64,000 nucleotides of DNA from Basidiobolus meristosporus CBS 931.73 (lineage: Eukaryota; Fungi; Basidiobolomycota), in the NCBI GenBank assembly GCA_002104905.1, contig MCFE01000378.1, positions 1-64,000 on the forward strand. Direction: 5' to 3'. Shown here in pieces: positions 1 to 12,493 of this stretch. The position numbers and the translations under genes were made by a program. Below the pieces are notes generated by a model. The model saw only the letters and a list, made by a program, of their open reading frames with translations, had not been told where the DNA came from and ran no database searches. The number at the start of each line of letters is the position of its first letter. The first letter of the stretch is position 1.

Positions 1-2022
1 CAATTGATTTTTGGTTGATTGGTAATTTGACTAAGTCCCAAGTTTGATTTTCCATTAGGACCTGATATTCCTCAGTCATTGCAGATCTCCAAAACTTTGT
101 CTGAGGGCTATTTAAGGCCTCTTTTACAGTCTGGGGCTCATCATTATGGACCAAATAGGCATAGGCTAAGTTTGTACCCTCATTAATATAGTAATTTGGG
201 CTATTTCTTGACTGGTTGGGTCTTCTGGCATTTGATAGTGGAATGATCACTGCTGGTATATTCCTGGGCACTGATTCTGGCTGCACCATGACTGTAGAGT
301 CCTCTGGAGTGAAAAGATTCTCATTGTTTTGCTCTGATTCAATCCTGACACTTGGTGGACTTGAGATCAGATTTTTGTCATCATCTGATGTGATTTTTTG
401 TGAAAATTTTGAATTTTCATTAAACAACACATCCCTGGACTTGATTAGCTTCTTTGCTTTGGTATTGTAGAGTCTGTATGCCTTACTCTCATTGCAGTAA
501 CCCAAAAATATGCATTTTACACTTTTTGGCTTAAATTTTGACTGATTTTACAGGCAATTTCTTGGCATATGCTGTACACCCAAATATTCTTAGAAGTTCT
601 GCACTTGGTCTGTATTCATACCATGATTCAAATGGAGAAGAATCATGAAGTATTCTGCTTTAACTCCTATTTTTAAGATATACAGCAGTGGCAACTGATT
701 CCAACCAAAAATCATAGGATAATTTTTGCTCATGAATCATAGATCTTGCCATTTCAATTATTGATCTGTTAGCATGTTCTGCTACTCCATTTTACTGTAG
801 GGAGTATGGTACAGTAGTCTCTTGCTTTATCCCATGAATTTTGCAGAAGCGGATGAAGAGTTTTGAGGGATATTTTCCACCATTGTCAGTGCATATTTTC
901 TTGATTTTTTCACCAGTTTCTCTCTCCACCAGGGCTTTGAACTCCCTGAACTTAGTCAGAGCTTGTTCCTTCTTCTCCATGAAGTAGACCCATGTGTATC
1001 TTGTATAATCATCAATAAAAGTGATTAAATACTTCATCCCACCTAAGGATAAATTTTGCATAGGTTCACACAGGTCTGAGTGAATTAGATCTATTTTTTT
1101 TTAGTTTTGATTAACCCAGAGCTGTTGAACAGTTGCCTGGCTTGTTTCCCATATATGCAGGCTACACAGTGCTCCAAACTAGCTGGGGGATCAATTTTTA
1201 CCCCAGAAATTAGCTGATCTTTGATTGTTTTACGCAAATAATCAAAATTGATGTGCCCAAATCTCCTGTGCCAAAGCATTGGTGTTTCTTCATTTAAGTT
1301 ACTTATCTGGCTTCCCAATATGATGGAATATAAGTCAACTTGTGTTATGGGTACCTCCTTTGTTGGTTATCATTGCTTATTAAAGCATTTTCTCCTTCCT
1401 TCTTATTGGTGCTTAATTTCTTAATTCTTCAACCAGGAGCCTTCCATATACAAAATATAAGGTCAGATCTTCAGTTCTGGACTCTAGGGCTGATACAAGG
1501 TCCAGAAACTCATCTGTCAGGCTATTTAGGATGGTAACTATCACATCCTCATCAGTAGTTGGTATGCCCACAGATTCCATTTTATCCACCAGCAGGGTAA
1601 TTCTGTTAATTAGATTTTTCATTTCTTCTCCTGGAAGCATCTTTGTAGTAAGGAATTTTCATCTCAGATACATCCTCTTAGCAGCTGAACATGACTGGTA
1701 GGTGTCTTCTAATGCCTTCCAGGCATTCTTTTCTGTTTTTGCTCTTGAGCATTGAATTAGCAGTTTGTCTTTAACATTAAGGAAAATACAGTTAAAGGCA
1801 CTTTGTTCTTTCTTCTGGTACTTTAAGGCTTCCTCTCCCACATTTTTAGGAGGGCATTCTTCTCCCACAACAATATCCCAAAGGCCTCTTTCTTGTAGCA
1901 GCATCTTCATCTTCACCTTCCACACTTGGTAGTTAGATCCATCCAACTTTTCAGCAGAGGGAAAAATTCCAGTAATAGCAGTAGTAGACATTGCAGAGAG
2001 TGACAGCTTGGGGCTCATAACC
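1..2022 (-). mobile_element. Ty1/copia retrotransposon internal region, decayed; runs off the left edge (gag, GAG-pre-integrase, integrase, start of RT)
   Basis: ORFs 1659-2066 (EKLDGSNYQVWKVKMKMLLQERGLWDIV), 1413-1640, 1091-1318 (LWHRRFGH...CVACIYGKQ) and 792-1061 (FIDDYTRYTWVYF); colinear with the element at 53268-59747. Confidence 0.95.
2011..2022 (-). promoter_or_regulatory. Primer-binding site GGTTATGAGCCC (complement of the tRNAiMet anticodon arm)
   Basis: Directly abuts the LTR end; same 12-mer at 50139-50150 and 59387-59398. Confidence 0.85.
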
Positions 2023-2120
2023 TGTTGTAGGAGTCTTGGAGATATTGGAAGTGATTGGGAGAACAAGTAGATTATGTGGTTTTCACTTCATGATTTATTG
2101 AATGTAAAGTAAAGTTTATA
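2023..2120 (-). repeat. Truncated 5' LTR of the copia copy (PBS-proximal ~90-100 bp only)
   Basis: TGTTGTAGGAGTCTTGGAGATATTGGAAGTG matches the LTRs at 9593, 53268 and 59399; similarity stops near 2120. Confidence 0.85.
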
Positions 2121-2964
2121 CATTAGTGTGGTCTTCTCGGGCCCAAAGGACTACTTCATTGCAAGGCTATTACTAAATGGCCAAACTAAAATTATACAGG
2201 CATATCGGAGATTTGGAGAACGTGTTGCGCAAGGAAGAGTTGTTGTGGAGGTACAAAAATTGATGAATGAAGGGATTAGCAGATTAAAAGGAGCTGTATT
2301 TGCCGCGAGTAGCTGGTTGATACCAGGTTGGAATGAGGCAGTACCACTATCTTCGCGGAGCTTGCGGCGCCCTTTGTACAGTAGTACGCTTCTTTTAGAA
2401 TTATATACGGAGTTTCCATGCGCCTGCGTGGCTTGGTTCCCTTGATATGCGCTAGTAATTGATTAGTGGTTGAATTTATGCCCCTTTGCTTGCCCGCAAC
2501 CCCTCTCGACTTGGCGTTTGCCTTAATTTGATTAGAATGGTAGGCATCTTACCATAGTTTGGCAAATAGGTTAGTGAATGGCACACTTTCTTCGCGGTTT
2601 TCCTCTCGATTACAAAGTTAAATATCTGGACGTCCCAATGTCTGGGTTGGGTGCTTGAAGTAACGGGAATTGAGACTAAAATGAAATGAACCGTAGTGAA
2701 TAATCCCAACAAAAGGATGTCACATCTGAGCTTCTCCAAATCTATACAGAAATAACCAAACATCTAGCCATGTCGTTTAATCTGGATGGGTAAAAGCACT
2801 GTTTGGTATTTTCCGGAAAGTTCAAAAGTAAGACAACATTCAAAAGAATCGTCAGATGTACCATCCAAAATTACAAACTATGCGATAATTCTAATGTTTA
2901 TTTGCTCCACGATTCCAAATTAAGTTTACATGAATGATGATAAAAATTCTGCTTGTACAGGATT

Positions 2965-4534
2965 CTACTGCTTTCGAATTGTCAGCTCCTCAATACTTTT
3001 CCCTTTGGTTTCCTTAATAAAGAAGAGTGTACAGACAAAGCCTATGGCACAACAGCTAGCAAATATCAAAAAAACGTAGCCATGCATTGCTTTAGAAAGA
3101 GTCGGGAAAATCAAGCCAATTACAAAGCTTGAAATCCAATTCAACGTTAAAGCAAGGCTAGAGGTAAGTGAGACTGCGTTGGTTGGCATCATCTCGCTTA
3201 TAATTAGAGCTGGGATTGGGCCAAGACCGATAGCAAAGAATACTACAAAGATCATAACTAGGTTTTGAAAACTAGTTAGCGGGGGCCATGGAGATAATAA
3301 ATACAATAATTTAGACTTACTAGCAGCGACTGTCAATCCACTGTTGTGAACCTCAAGCCCAACGCACATAAGGATGCAAAAGATGCCGGCACCTCCACTG
3401 GATATAAGTAGTAATAGCTTTCTTCCTGCCCGGTCAATGAGAACAACCGAAACTATGGTCACTACAACATTCACTGCTCCAACACAGAGTGTAATATATT
3501 TGGCAGTATCCCCATAGATTGTGGTGAATATTGAAGTGGAGTAGTACATGACGCCGTTGATTCCAGACCATTGTTGAAGTATGCCAAGCCCAAGACAAAT
3601 GGCGAAGTTCTTTCTGCAGTATGGATCTCGAAGTATTTCTCTGATGCCAAGACTTCTAGGGAGCTCATTCGCCACTTCACGGGCCTTGACAATCTGTTGG
3701 TACTCAACTTCGACGTTGTGGTTACTTCTCAATTTCAGCAACACGGATTTGGCCTCCTCCTGTCGACCTTTAGAAACAAGATAACGCGGAGTCTCGGAGC
3801 AAAATGGCATCAGAACTACTTGAATGAGACTGAACACGCCCGGTAGACAAACAAGAATTCGCCAGCCAACGGGGGTTGACATCCCCAAACTCATAGCCTC
3901 TACAATAAGAATACCCATTGTCGTGCAAAATTGATTGAAAGCACCAAATGTTCCGCGGGTTTTGATAGGGGAAATCTCCCCAATGTACGTAGGGGCAACA
4001 ACAGTGCCAAAGCCACATCCAAAGCCGATGAGGCCACGTCCACAAATCCACATTCCAGAGTTGATGGAGCAAACAAGCAATATACCGCCAAGAACGAAAA
4101 AGAAGTTATTGAGTAGCATGGCCAGGCGGCGACCCAATTTTTCCTGTGCATAGCCTCCAAGCAAGCTTCCAAACATACCTCCGAAGGCGTGGCTACCTAC
4201 AGCGAAACCCCATAGCCAAGAATCCATGGAAAAGCAATATGGGAGTATCCCGTTCAATTTTTTATCAATATCAGCGCAGTTATGAATGGCACTGGCGGCT
4301 AACAGATGAGGAAAGTGTTATGTTAATTCGAGAACTGATACTAGCCACCACGAAGCTTTACTCACTGATATTAGCGGAAGAGGTATTGTAGCCACTGCTG
4401 AACCTCACAATGCATGCTGTGAATACGCAAAACAAGGTGTATGTGGGGTATGTGATGTTCCTTGAGTCGTTCAGGGGCGCCTTTTCGTTAAGGTCGCTAG
4501 GAACCAATGCGTTGTTCTTTTGATTTTCACCCAT
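2965..4534 (-). CDS. MFS sugar porter (GLUT/hexose transporter-like), multi-exon
   Basis: Motifs LGRR, YIGEISP, ETPRYL, QQWSGINGVMYYS, DRAGRK, ETKGKSIEE; first exon from ATG 4534 (MGENQKNN...SSGYNTSS); 63-bp GT..AG intron at 3258-3320. Confidence 0.92.
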
Positions 4535-7026
4535 AACGTAACTATAACGATGAGATGATGGAAAAGCCTTGTAGGTATTTGGTTGTCGGATTGTTGTAAA
4601 TAGCCGTGTTAAGCATCGAAAAAACGCTTCTGAGCTTCATCGAGGGTCCACTCTGAGATATTTATTTGCTTTTGCGTATGCTGATTTTAGTATCCTTGTC
4701 CAGAGAGTGGCGCTTAGCAACCATAGAATCAAAATCTTACCAACCCACTTGGCTAGCTCAATTGATAAAAATGGAAACCTGCTGGTTAAATTCGACACTA
4801 ATAACAAACTAGTGGTATACTAGACCAGATCTCTGACATTTAGGGAGACAGTTATCTTTGTCGACAAATAGGATAAAACACAGAAAGTTCGCTTCACGAT
4901 TGACCACCAGTAATTTACTTGGTACATATCAGCAGCACTTCTGCACGATGTTCAACTTCAAGGAATTTCATTTTTTTCTTTAGTTAATTTTTCAACCATC
5001 ATCTTCTGGCTAACGTTCATCCCTTCGACTCCCAACTACAGCGAGACTCTCAACTTCAAAATACACTATCCACTTTACTATGTGCACACTAGCTGACATA
5101 CCTAGGACCCTTGAATTTGCGCATTTTGGCCTCTGTGGTTAATGGAATGGCAGATTCATGGATTTTATAGTGGATGCTGCTTGCGTTCTTCTATGCCGCT
5201 TACTAATCTCTTGCCAATCCGAATCTTATCAACGTCAAATAGGCAACTGTTTCACATGGACGTTCTAAACTCTTCTGGTGCCAATCACCCCAATGCACGA
5301 TTTTTCTATTTGGAGTAGCACCAAACATTGGAGCTCCGAACTACCTAATTGGTAAATCCTGTCAATCTTGGGCAGAGTAAATTTAGAAATTCCCTTTTCA
5401 TCACTTGTATATTAAACTGAAACTTCGATGAATTGATCCGTAGTGTGGTTAATGTGAAAGCACCATATACACCATCAACGATGGCGACTGGCAGGATATC
5501 CTTGAGTTGATAGTCCTCGCAATGTATCGACGTAGCTACCTTGAGACCAGTGCTGACTGGTTTCTTGATTCGCTCATACATCAAAAGGTAGAAATCGGCG
5601 ATCACTGAGGTATTTATATGAGCCAAATTGTTTTGGCACGGCAGTGACGATATTATTGAACTTTGAGCCTAGTCTTTTCCATTGAAAGACAAATCATAAA
5701 GTAACCACTGTCTTCGACTTTCTGCTTAACTTCATCGGCCAATGAACTGATATTGATGATGGTGTATGAATTTCCAAATGGCCGGGGAAATCACTATGCT
5801 ACCAATGAAATCAAGGGTTAGAAAACGTTATTTACCCTGTAAGGATGTATGCTAACATTGGCTCATGTGAAACTTGTGTGTAAGATTGGTGGCCAATAAA
5901 ATGAACTCACAGCTGACACCAACCCTAGCTTTGTGGATGTAGAAAAATGTTAATAGAAAGCAATGCCTGTTGTTGAGCATTACATCTGTCCATCATGTAG
6001 ATTACTAGCTGTACATGAGCCGAGCAAATGATCTCCCTGGCCTAATGAAATGCATAATTGATGGCGTGATCGAGGAAATATACTGAAGCAAGATGCGATC
6101 TACTTGATCAACATGGTTTGCAGCCACCATTAGGAATAGCTATATCCATGATAATAGCACTTTGGGGAGTGGTTGATCTAGTGTTGACTGTGGGGCTATT
6201 GGCAAAGATATAGGCGGTTTTCTATGAATCATGATGAGACGCTGGTGCCTGATTTCTTGAACTGCAGAGTCTGTGCCAGCAGATTTAAACACTCTAGATC
6301 GAGATTTACCAGCTTCGTGATAGGCTTGCGCCTGAACTTCGGCATACTGGCTAAAATATGGAGATCGGATGGCAATCACGCAGGTTTTCGAAATTGGCGG
6401 GTTCTCCAAATTCATCGAAATATGTAGCTTGAGGTCATATGAGTGGAAACAGACGATCGTGATTGAAAAAGTAAAAGCATCAATGATGTGCGTGTGATGA
6501 TTCACACTCGAACATACTTGACCACTCGAAAACTACGGCGCCTTTTTTTGTACGGGAGTAGGTTATTCACCTGGGGAGTAACTGTGTACTATGTTCACAT
6601 CGCTGGTCACTTTTGAAAAGTACACACGTCCTTGTTGCAGTTTCGGTTCGCCGTACGCCGGTCACAAGTGCTAATTTCATTATTAGAGGCATGGATTGAC
6701 AGCTTTGCATAGTACATGGGATGCGCCATGACTAGGGTGAGGTTGTGTGTCTTGGGTTGACGAGTGGTGACACGCTACCTGTAACCAATCTGAATGCTCA
6801 GGTAGCCAATTCTTCGACTGTGTACATGAAATGGTTCACTCAGAATATCACTGTGGAGCGGGTCATGTGACCGGTCATCTGAGTCGTTTACTCGGATATA
6901 CACATATTGGTCGTGAAATAGATATCATCATGAGGGCAAAATGAGTTTAATCACGACATACTTGGTAAAGCATTCTTTATTTCCTTTTTCTCTCAAAATC
7001 CTCCACCCACTTTTGCACCAACACAT

Positions 7027-7877
7027 ATGTCGTCCCCCAGAAGACGGATCGAAACCGATGTTATGAAATTGTATGTACATCTGGTGCTATATTTCAAGTC
7101 GCCGACCTAACCCCTTCTTTAACAGGCTTATGAGTGATTATGAAGTCACTTTAGTTAATGATAACATGCAGGAATTTTATATTAGATTCCATGGACCCGA
7201 GGACAGTAAGTTCATTGCATGGCTCGGAATTGATGGTTGTTTTCTTCATCGTATTCACAAGAATTCTCGTAGCACCATTCTCTGGCGGTGTCTGGAAGGT
7301 CCATGTTGAGCTCCCTGATCAATATCCCTACAAATCGCCATCTATAGGATTTATGAACAAGATCTTCCATCCGAACATTGATGAATTGTAAATAACAACT
7401 TGCACTCTGATCTGTTGATATTTCTGGACAGACCACTAAGCACATCTATCGCAGAAGCGGCTCCGTCTGTTTAGACGTCATCAATCAAACCTGGAGTCCT
7501 ATGTTTGGTAATTTTTATTGTTAACTTGGAGACACTCTTGACTGGCTTTAACTGGGCTCTAAAAACAGACATGATCAATATATTCGAGGTGTTTCTACCT
7601 CAGTTGTTGAGATATCCAAACCCAACCGATCCTTTGAACGGAGAGGCTGCGGCCCTTTTGATGCGTGAGCCGACCCAATACGAAATCAAAGTTAAAGGTA
7701 ACAGCCAGCCAACCGTTCGTGAGAGTAAGACAGAATGCTGATTTCTTTACCATAGATTATGTCAATCGTTATGCTACCAAAGAAGCGGCTGATGCACTCG
7801 ACGACAGCTCCGAGGACGAAGACATGAGCTCCATTGGATCGTTTTCGGATGAGGAAGCTGCCGATATGGAATTGTAA
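7027..7877 (+). CDS. UBC8: Ubiquitin-conjugating enzyme E2 of the UBC8/UBE2H type, 6 exons
   Basis: [15 protein letters not shown]; [21 protein letters not shown]; [15 protein letters not shown] (catalytic Cys); [12 protein letters not shown]; acidic tail. Confidence 0.96.
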
Positions 7878-9592
7878 TAAATCCTCATCTTTTCTTCACG
7901 GCTGAAGCCTTGGTATACATTCAAATTGTACTCAGATTTCTGACTGGATATTCTACTGTTTAAATTTAATAAACCTGTCTCCAGGCCTTTTGTTTCGATC
8001 GAGAACATGACCCACCTTCCTTCTCGACCTGCGCCTTCCCATATAGGTAGAATGATTCGGACCATCCTTGATCTTCCTCAGATTGGTAAAATGATTTCGT
8101 GCTGGGGAAATCCCCTGGTGCGAATATCACCATGCCCCAAGGTCGGAGCTGGGTGTCGAATTGGCTCTTCTACCTGGCATAGGTGTATACGATGGCTGTG
8201 AGCATTCCGGTAACAAGCCAGTAACATAAACACGGCTTTGAAAGGGGGATTGTTCCGAGAAGATCCATGCCCGCTAGTAGAAACTTGGTAAGAAAAAGGT
8301 TGAGAAAATTGCAAACCCCCGACTCTTGAGACAATGACTGACAAATATGGAGGGCTTCCACCTCAAGGGAATAAATGAATGAAACATGCATAGTCTCTCG
8401 ATAGTACTAGCCAAATGTCCAATGAATCCTGACCACTTGCAATCACCCAAGTCACAAACAAATATTGGGTTTTACCAATAATGGGATGGTGAAAAGCCCG
8501 CAAAAAAGTGGCGTTACCTGCAAAGAAACTCAAGACATCCAAGTCACCTTGTTTGGTCCATTTGTTTATATAGATGCATATTGAACGTTGGTTTTTTAGC
8601 TACTTGGCGTGCCACTGCTAGCCTGATTTCCATATCCAACCTCTTACTGTTTGTCATGGGTATTCCTACCGTTCTCCACTCCGGTATGGAAAAAAGCCTT
8701 TCAGTTGATCAGAAGGTTGAAGTATGTTGATGGGTTTTAAAAACTTCTCTGTGTGCTATCTTAATTGTAGAGATATAACGGGTAACTACCTGCGACATGT
8801 ATATTGGTATTTTTTGTTTGACACATATTTAAATCAGTTGTTCGCGTAAGTCTTGTTCTTGAGATAAACATTTATCAAACAAAATTCGTTTGATCTGTTC
8901 AAGTTTGTCAAAAAAGATAAGCACATGAAATCCAAATCTTGTAATTTCTTTCAAGCAGAGTCAGTGCTGAATTATCATGCAGGGTCTGCACATTCAAGCT
9001 CTCTGTTATTATAAATATTCACTTTTTAGGTTGTAGAGTAGCTAAACATGTGCCCTTGTGGGAACTTTGTATTATTAGTATTACTACCACATTGTGCCAT
9101 GATGATACTGATATGGAAGTATAGGTGATATTGAAAGTGAATGGCTGCACCAGTAGATTATGTAACTTTCACTTGATAGTTTATTAAATATTAAAGTGAT
9201 AAAGATTCCCGGTAAATCCCAACAAAGAATTTGGGTAGTTAACAGTTATGCCCACCAAATTGAAACACTTTTATCATTAGTTTTGTAAAGCTCCCCAAAA
9301 AATTCCTATCATTAGCTCTACACAGTTCTCACAAAAGTATTTATGCTTTCTTGAATTCAATAAAATAAGTAAATATCATGCAATTCTAACTCTCCAAACC
9401 ATTTCCAATACTCCGTGGAATCTTACAAGAAATATTCTATCTTCCTCACTGGTAGTGGCATTGCAGTATGCAGGGTAAACTTTATATTTACATTTGTATA
9501 TAACAATTCTGTAGTGAGATGGGTCTAACAGTAATCAAGGGCCTATATTATATCTCAGAATGGTGCCTTTGCCAATAAGAATATGAGGTTAT

Positions 9593-9922
9593 TGTTGTAA
9601 GAGTCGGAGATATTGGAAGTGATTTGGAGAACAAGTAGATTATGTGGTTTTCACTTAATGATTTATTGAATGTAAAAGTAGTATTTATACTTTTACATGG
9701 TCTTGGCATTACAAACACGTAGAATAGGTTAAGGAAGGTCCCAAGCATATGTGCACAAAGCTTGGGGCTGTTTGGACAACTTATCTAATTTTCTTGTTCT
9801 GGGTAAATATTCTAAGTAAATCCCAACAAGGAATTTGGTCAGTATTCTCTAGGATTTAGAGGTAATGATCTAAGTGACTAAGTTAGGTGAATGTTTAGGT
9901 GGAATTCCGAATTTTTACAACA
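9593..9922 (-). mobile_element. Solo LTR of the copia family (330 bp)
   Basis: TGTTGTAA...TTACAACA ends; exact 5-bp TSD GTTAT at 9588-9592 and 9923-9927. Confidence 0.95.
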
Positions 9923-10080
9923 GTTATAAAGAATACTTTGGTGAATAACTGCAACTAGCAAAGTAGAACTAGCTAATGATACCAGACATTACAATAGCAC
10001 TGAATCACCATCAGGCTCCTGAATCTGCTTGCTTAGGCTAAGTGACCAGGTTGATGTAAATATTGAAGTGTAAATACAAA

Positions 10081-10391
10081 TCCCTATGAGAGATCTCTAA
10101 GTTGGAATTTATTGGATTTTTAGCTGGTATTCAGCTGGTATTTTGATGGTATTCAGCTGGTGTTTCTGCTTCTAACTTTCATTTGCAATTTTGGTGGAAT
10201 TAATGAGCAACTGATTACCAAGCTTGGCAAGAATGCTAGTTGGCCTAGTTTCCCCCTGGCAAGGATGCCTGCTTGTCTGCTGTGAAGCTAGTACCTGAGA
10301 TATTGAGAGTTGTCACTTTTGTGAATGTTGGAATTCAGCTGATATTATGATGGTATTCTGCTGGGCTTTTGTCAATTTTTTTTCTTAGGGA
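10081..10391. repeat. ~300 bp non-coding dispersed repeat, MITE-like
   Basis: Closely similar copy at 37451-37736; short imperfect inverted ends TCCCTA...TAGGGA; internal CAGCTGGTATT repeats; no clear TSD. Confidence 0.65.
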
Positions 10392-11379
10392 AAGTTTACA
10401 ATGCATACTCCAATGCTACTATCAGTGAGGGTAGTAGAAGCAAAACGACTTGATAACAAACACAGCACAGCTAGATGAGAGTCAAGGTACTTCATTTAGT
10501 AGTACCAATATAATCCCGGACTTTTGTGGTTTAGATTTTAGGCGATTCTCACATGAATTTCTGATGCACCATCAGAAAGAACTATTTGGGTGAGGCGTGA
10601 TAAGCGAGTCTTTTATGTGGATGATCATTGTATTGCTGCCAGAGATCTCAAGGCCTTGAAGTAAACCCAAGTCCAACGTTGTTTGCCAGTAATATTTGCC
10701 ATGGGGAATTACAATGACGGTGCTTGGTATGCTGCCGAAAAGTCCTACATTGCCTGGCTATACAAGAAACAAAGTCTATTATTTGCAGCAAGTCCCGTAC
10801 CGACTCAGTCGAGTTGGTTTCTGACTAAAGTTTGCACTTCAAATAAGAACATAAGAGCATGCATAGCAGTATTCTTGGCTTGTATCTGCAACAACTCATA
10901 AACGGAGATGTTGCAACCGCCCTTTCAAGGACTCAACAACACTTGAGCCAAGTGTACAGGTGATGGCAATCACCTCGTTGTTGACAACTCACCATGTATG
11001 TAGCAGCACGCACGTAGCCCCCAAACAAATCACCAGAACCTGACACTTGTCTTATTGTCATTCCAGCGCAGCCCAGATCTGATGAATTTCCCAAAATCGG
11101 CTTATTATGGTTTGCTGGCTACTAATGTAACCCCAACCCCAGCCTCATTCGCAACCCTATGGTCCCCCGAGGACGGGATGCTCAAGTGGTACACCAACTC
11201 CATACCATCTATTCAATAGTGCGCCAGGGCTTTCATCAGATCGACCTCATTATATCCCAAATAGATTCAATTCATTCCAGCCATATTACCAATAACAACC
11301 TAACTCACTTCTCATGATGGGTGCTCCGCTCATTGATCTCTCCAAGCCCCTCGAATCTCCTTCTATATGCGCTGTGAGA

Positions 11380-12116
11380 TTAGATATACCAAGGTGTGTG
11401 AAGGTGAGACAGCACCTGCTCTCTCCCTTTTGAATAGATGCCCAGGTAGCCTGTCAAAGTCGGGGTCCCAAATCCATGTAGATTTCTCAATCGAAATGCA
11501 TTAACTGCATTCAGGTTGACCTGTTCAATATAATCATTGTATGAATTGCATGCTACTGTACCCCAGTGGGCTGTGGCACGAGGGAGAATGGGAAAGGGGG
11601 AGTGGGAACATGGTGGTTGCAAGAGCTTCCATGCAACGAGTGAGTCAGTGATACGTGGATCATCAGCCCGCGTAAACCTGCTTTTAATATGCAACCAGTG
11701 TCTCACGCACTCGGCCCATCTTGGTTAATATAGAGATTTTCGAGTGAGTCACAACATACAAACACATTCCATCGAAGGCCACCCATTCTGCATCGACTGC
11801 CAGTATAGAGTGGACTGCTCAATGATGATCTGGATGCACTTTCCACACGACAGTGCCGATCCCACAAACGGCATGTCAGAGATGTGATACGGGGGTACAA
11901 CGCACTCTACATCCCGGGAGCGTGCAAAGCCATGAGCCAGTGACTGCATACCGCCTATGCTGGCAGATCAAAAGCGTATGCACAGGGCTTGTCATGTATT
12001 CACACTTTATTTCCTCCAAGACTGATAATGTTGGTTTTTAATGATCCCTTCGACGGGATAGCACCCCAAGTTAGGTGTTCACAGAAACAAGGAGCGGTAT
12101 CAAAATGGAATGGCAT
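11380..12116 (-). CDS. Possible multi-exon hypothetical protein
   Basis: Chain of minus-strand ORFs (ATG 12116 MPFHFDTAPCF; 11749-11949; 11380-11706) separated by intron-sized gaps; no family recognised. Confidence 0.3.
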
Positions 12117-12493
12117 GGTGGATACATGTGATCTTATATACACACAATCAAATTCAATTATAACTTCCCCACCGATCAAGGAGTGGGCTGGATTTTTGCG
12201 TTAGTGGGATAAACTGGAGAGGTGGCACGGGTAGAGAAGGGCGCGAGCGGTTAAAATTGAATTTAGCTAAATTAAAGAACTACCAAAGAAGCGTGGGTAA
12301 GGTGGCGGACCAGTGGCCGTGGCCAGATGGATTCAAGAAATTCATTGGGAAAAGTGGGGTATGGAGGGTTTCGCCGTCAGGCACGGGCATTCTCGGATGA
12401 GTGAGATTAGTTCGATGGCTGGTGTATCACCTGGATCTGAAAGACATTCAGTATGTGAGCAAAGCGGGTGCGCAAGAGCGAAAGACATCCTAT

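Noticed and set aside
5345-6505. Minus-strand coding-like fragments
   Set aside because: Frames are broken by stops, with no motif or workable splice model.
9200-9250. GTAAATCCCAACAAAGAATTTGG match to the copia LTR
   Set aside because: Too short and degraded to delimit an element; possibly an older LTR remnant.
10400-11340. Possible decayed LINE or other TE coding sequence
   Set aside because: No RT or endonuclease motif could be identified.
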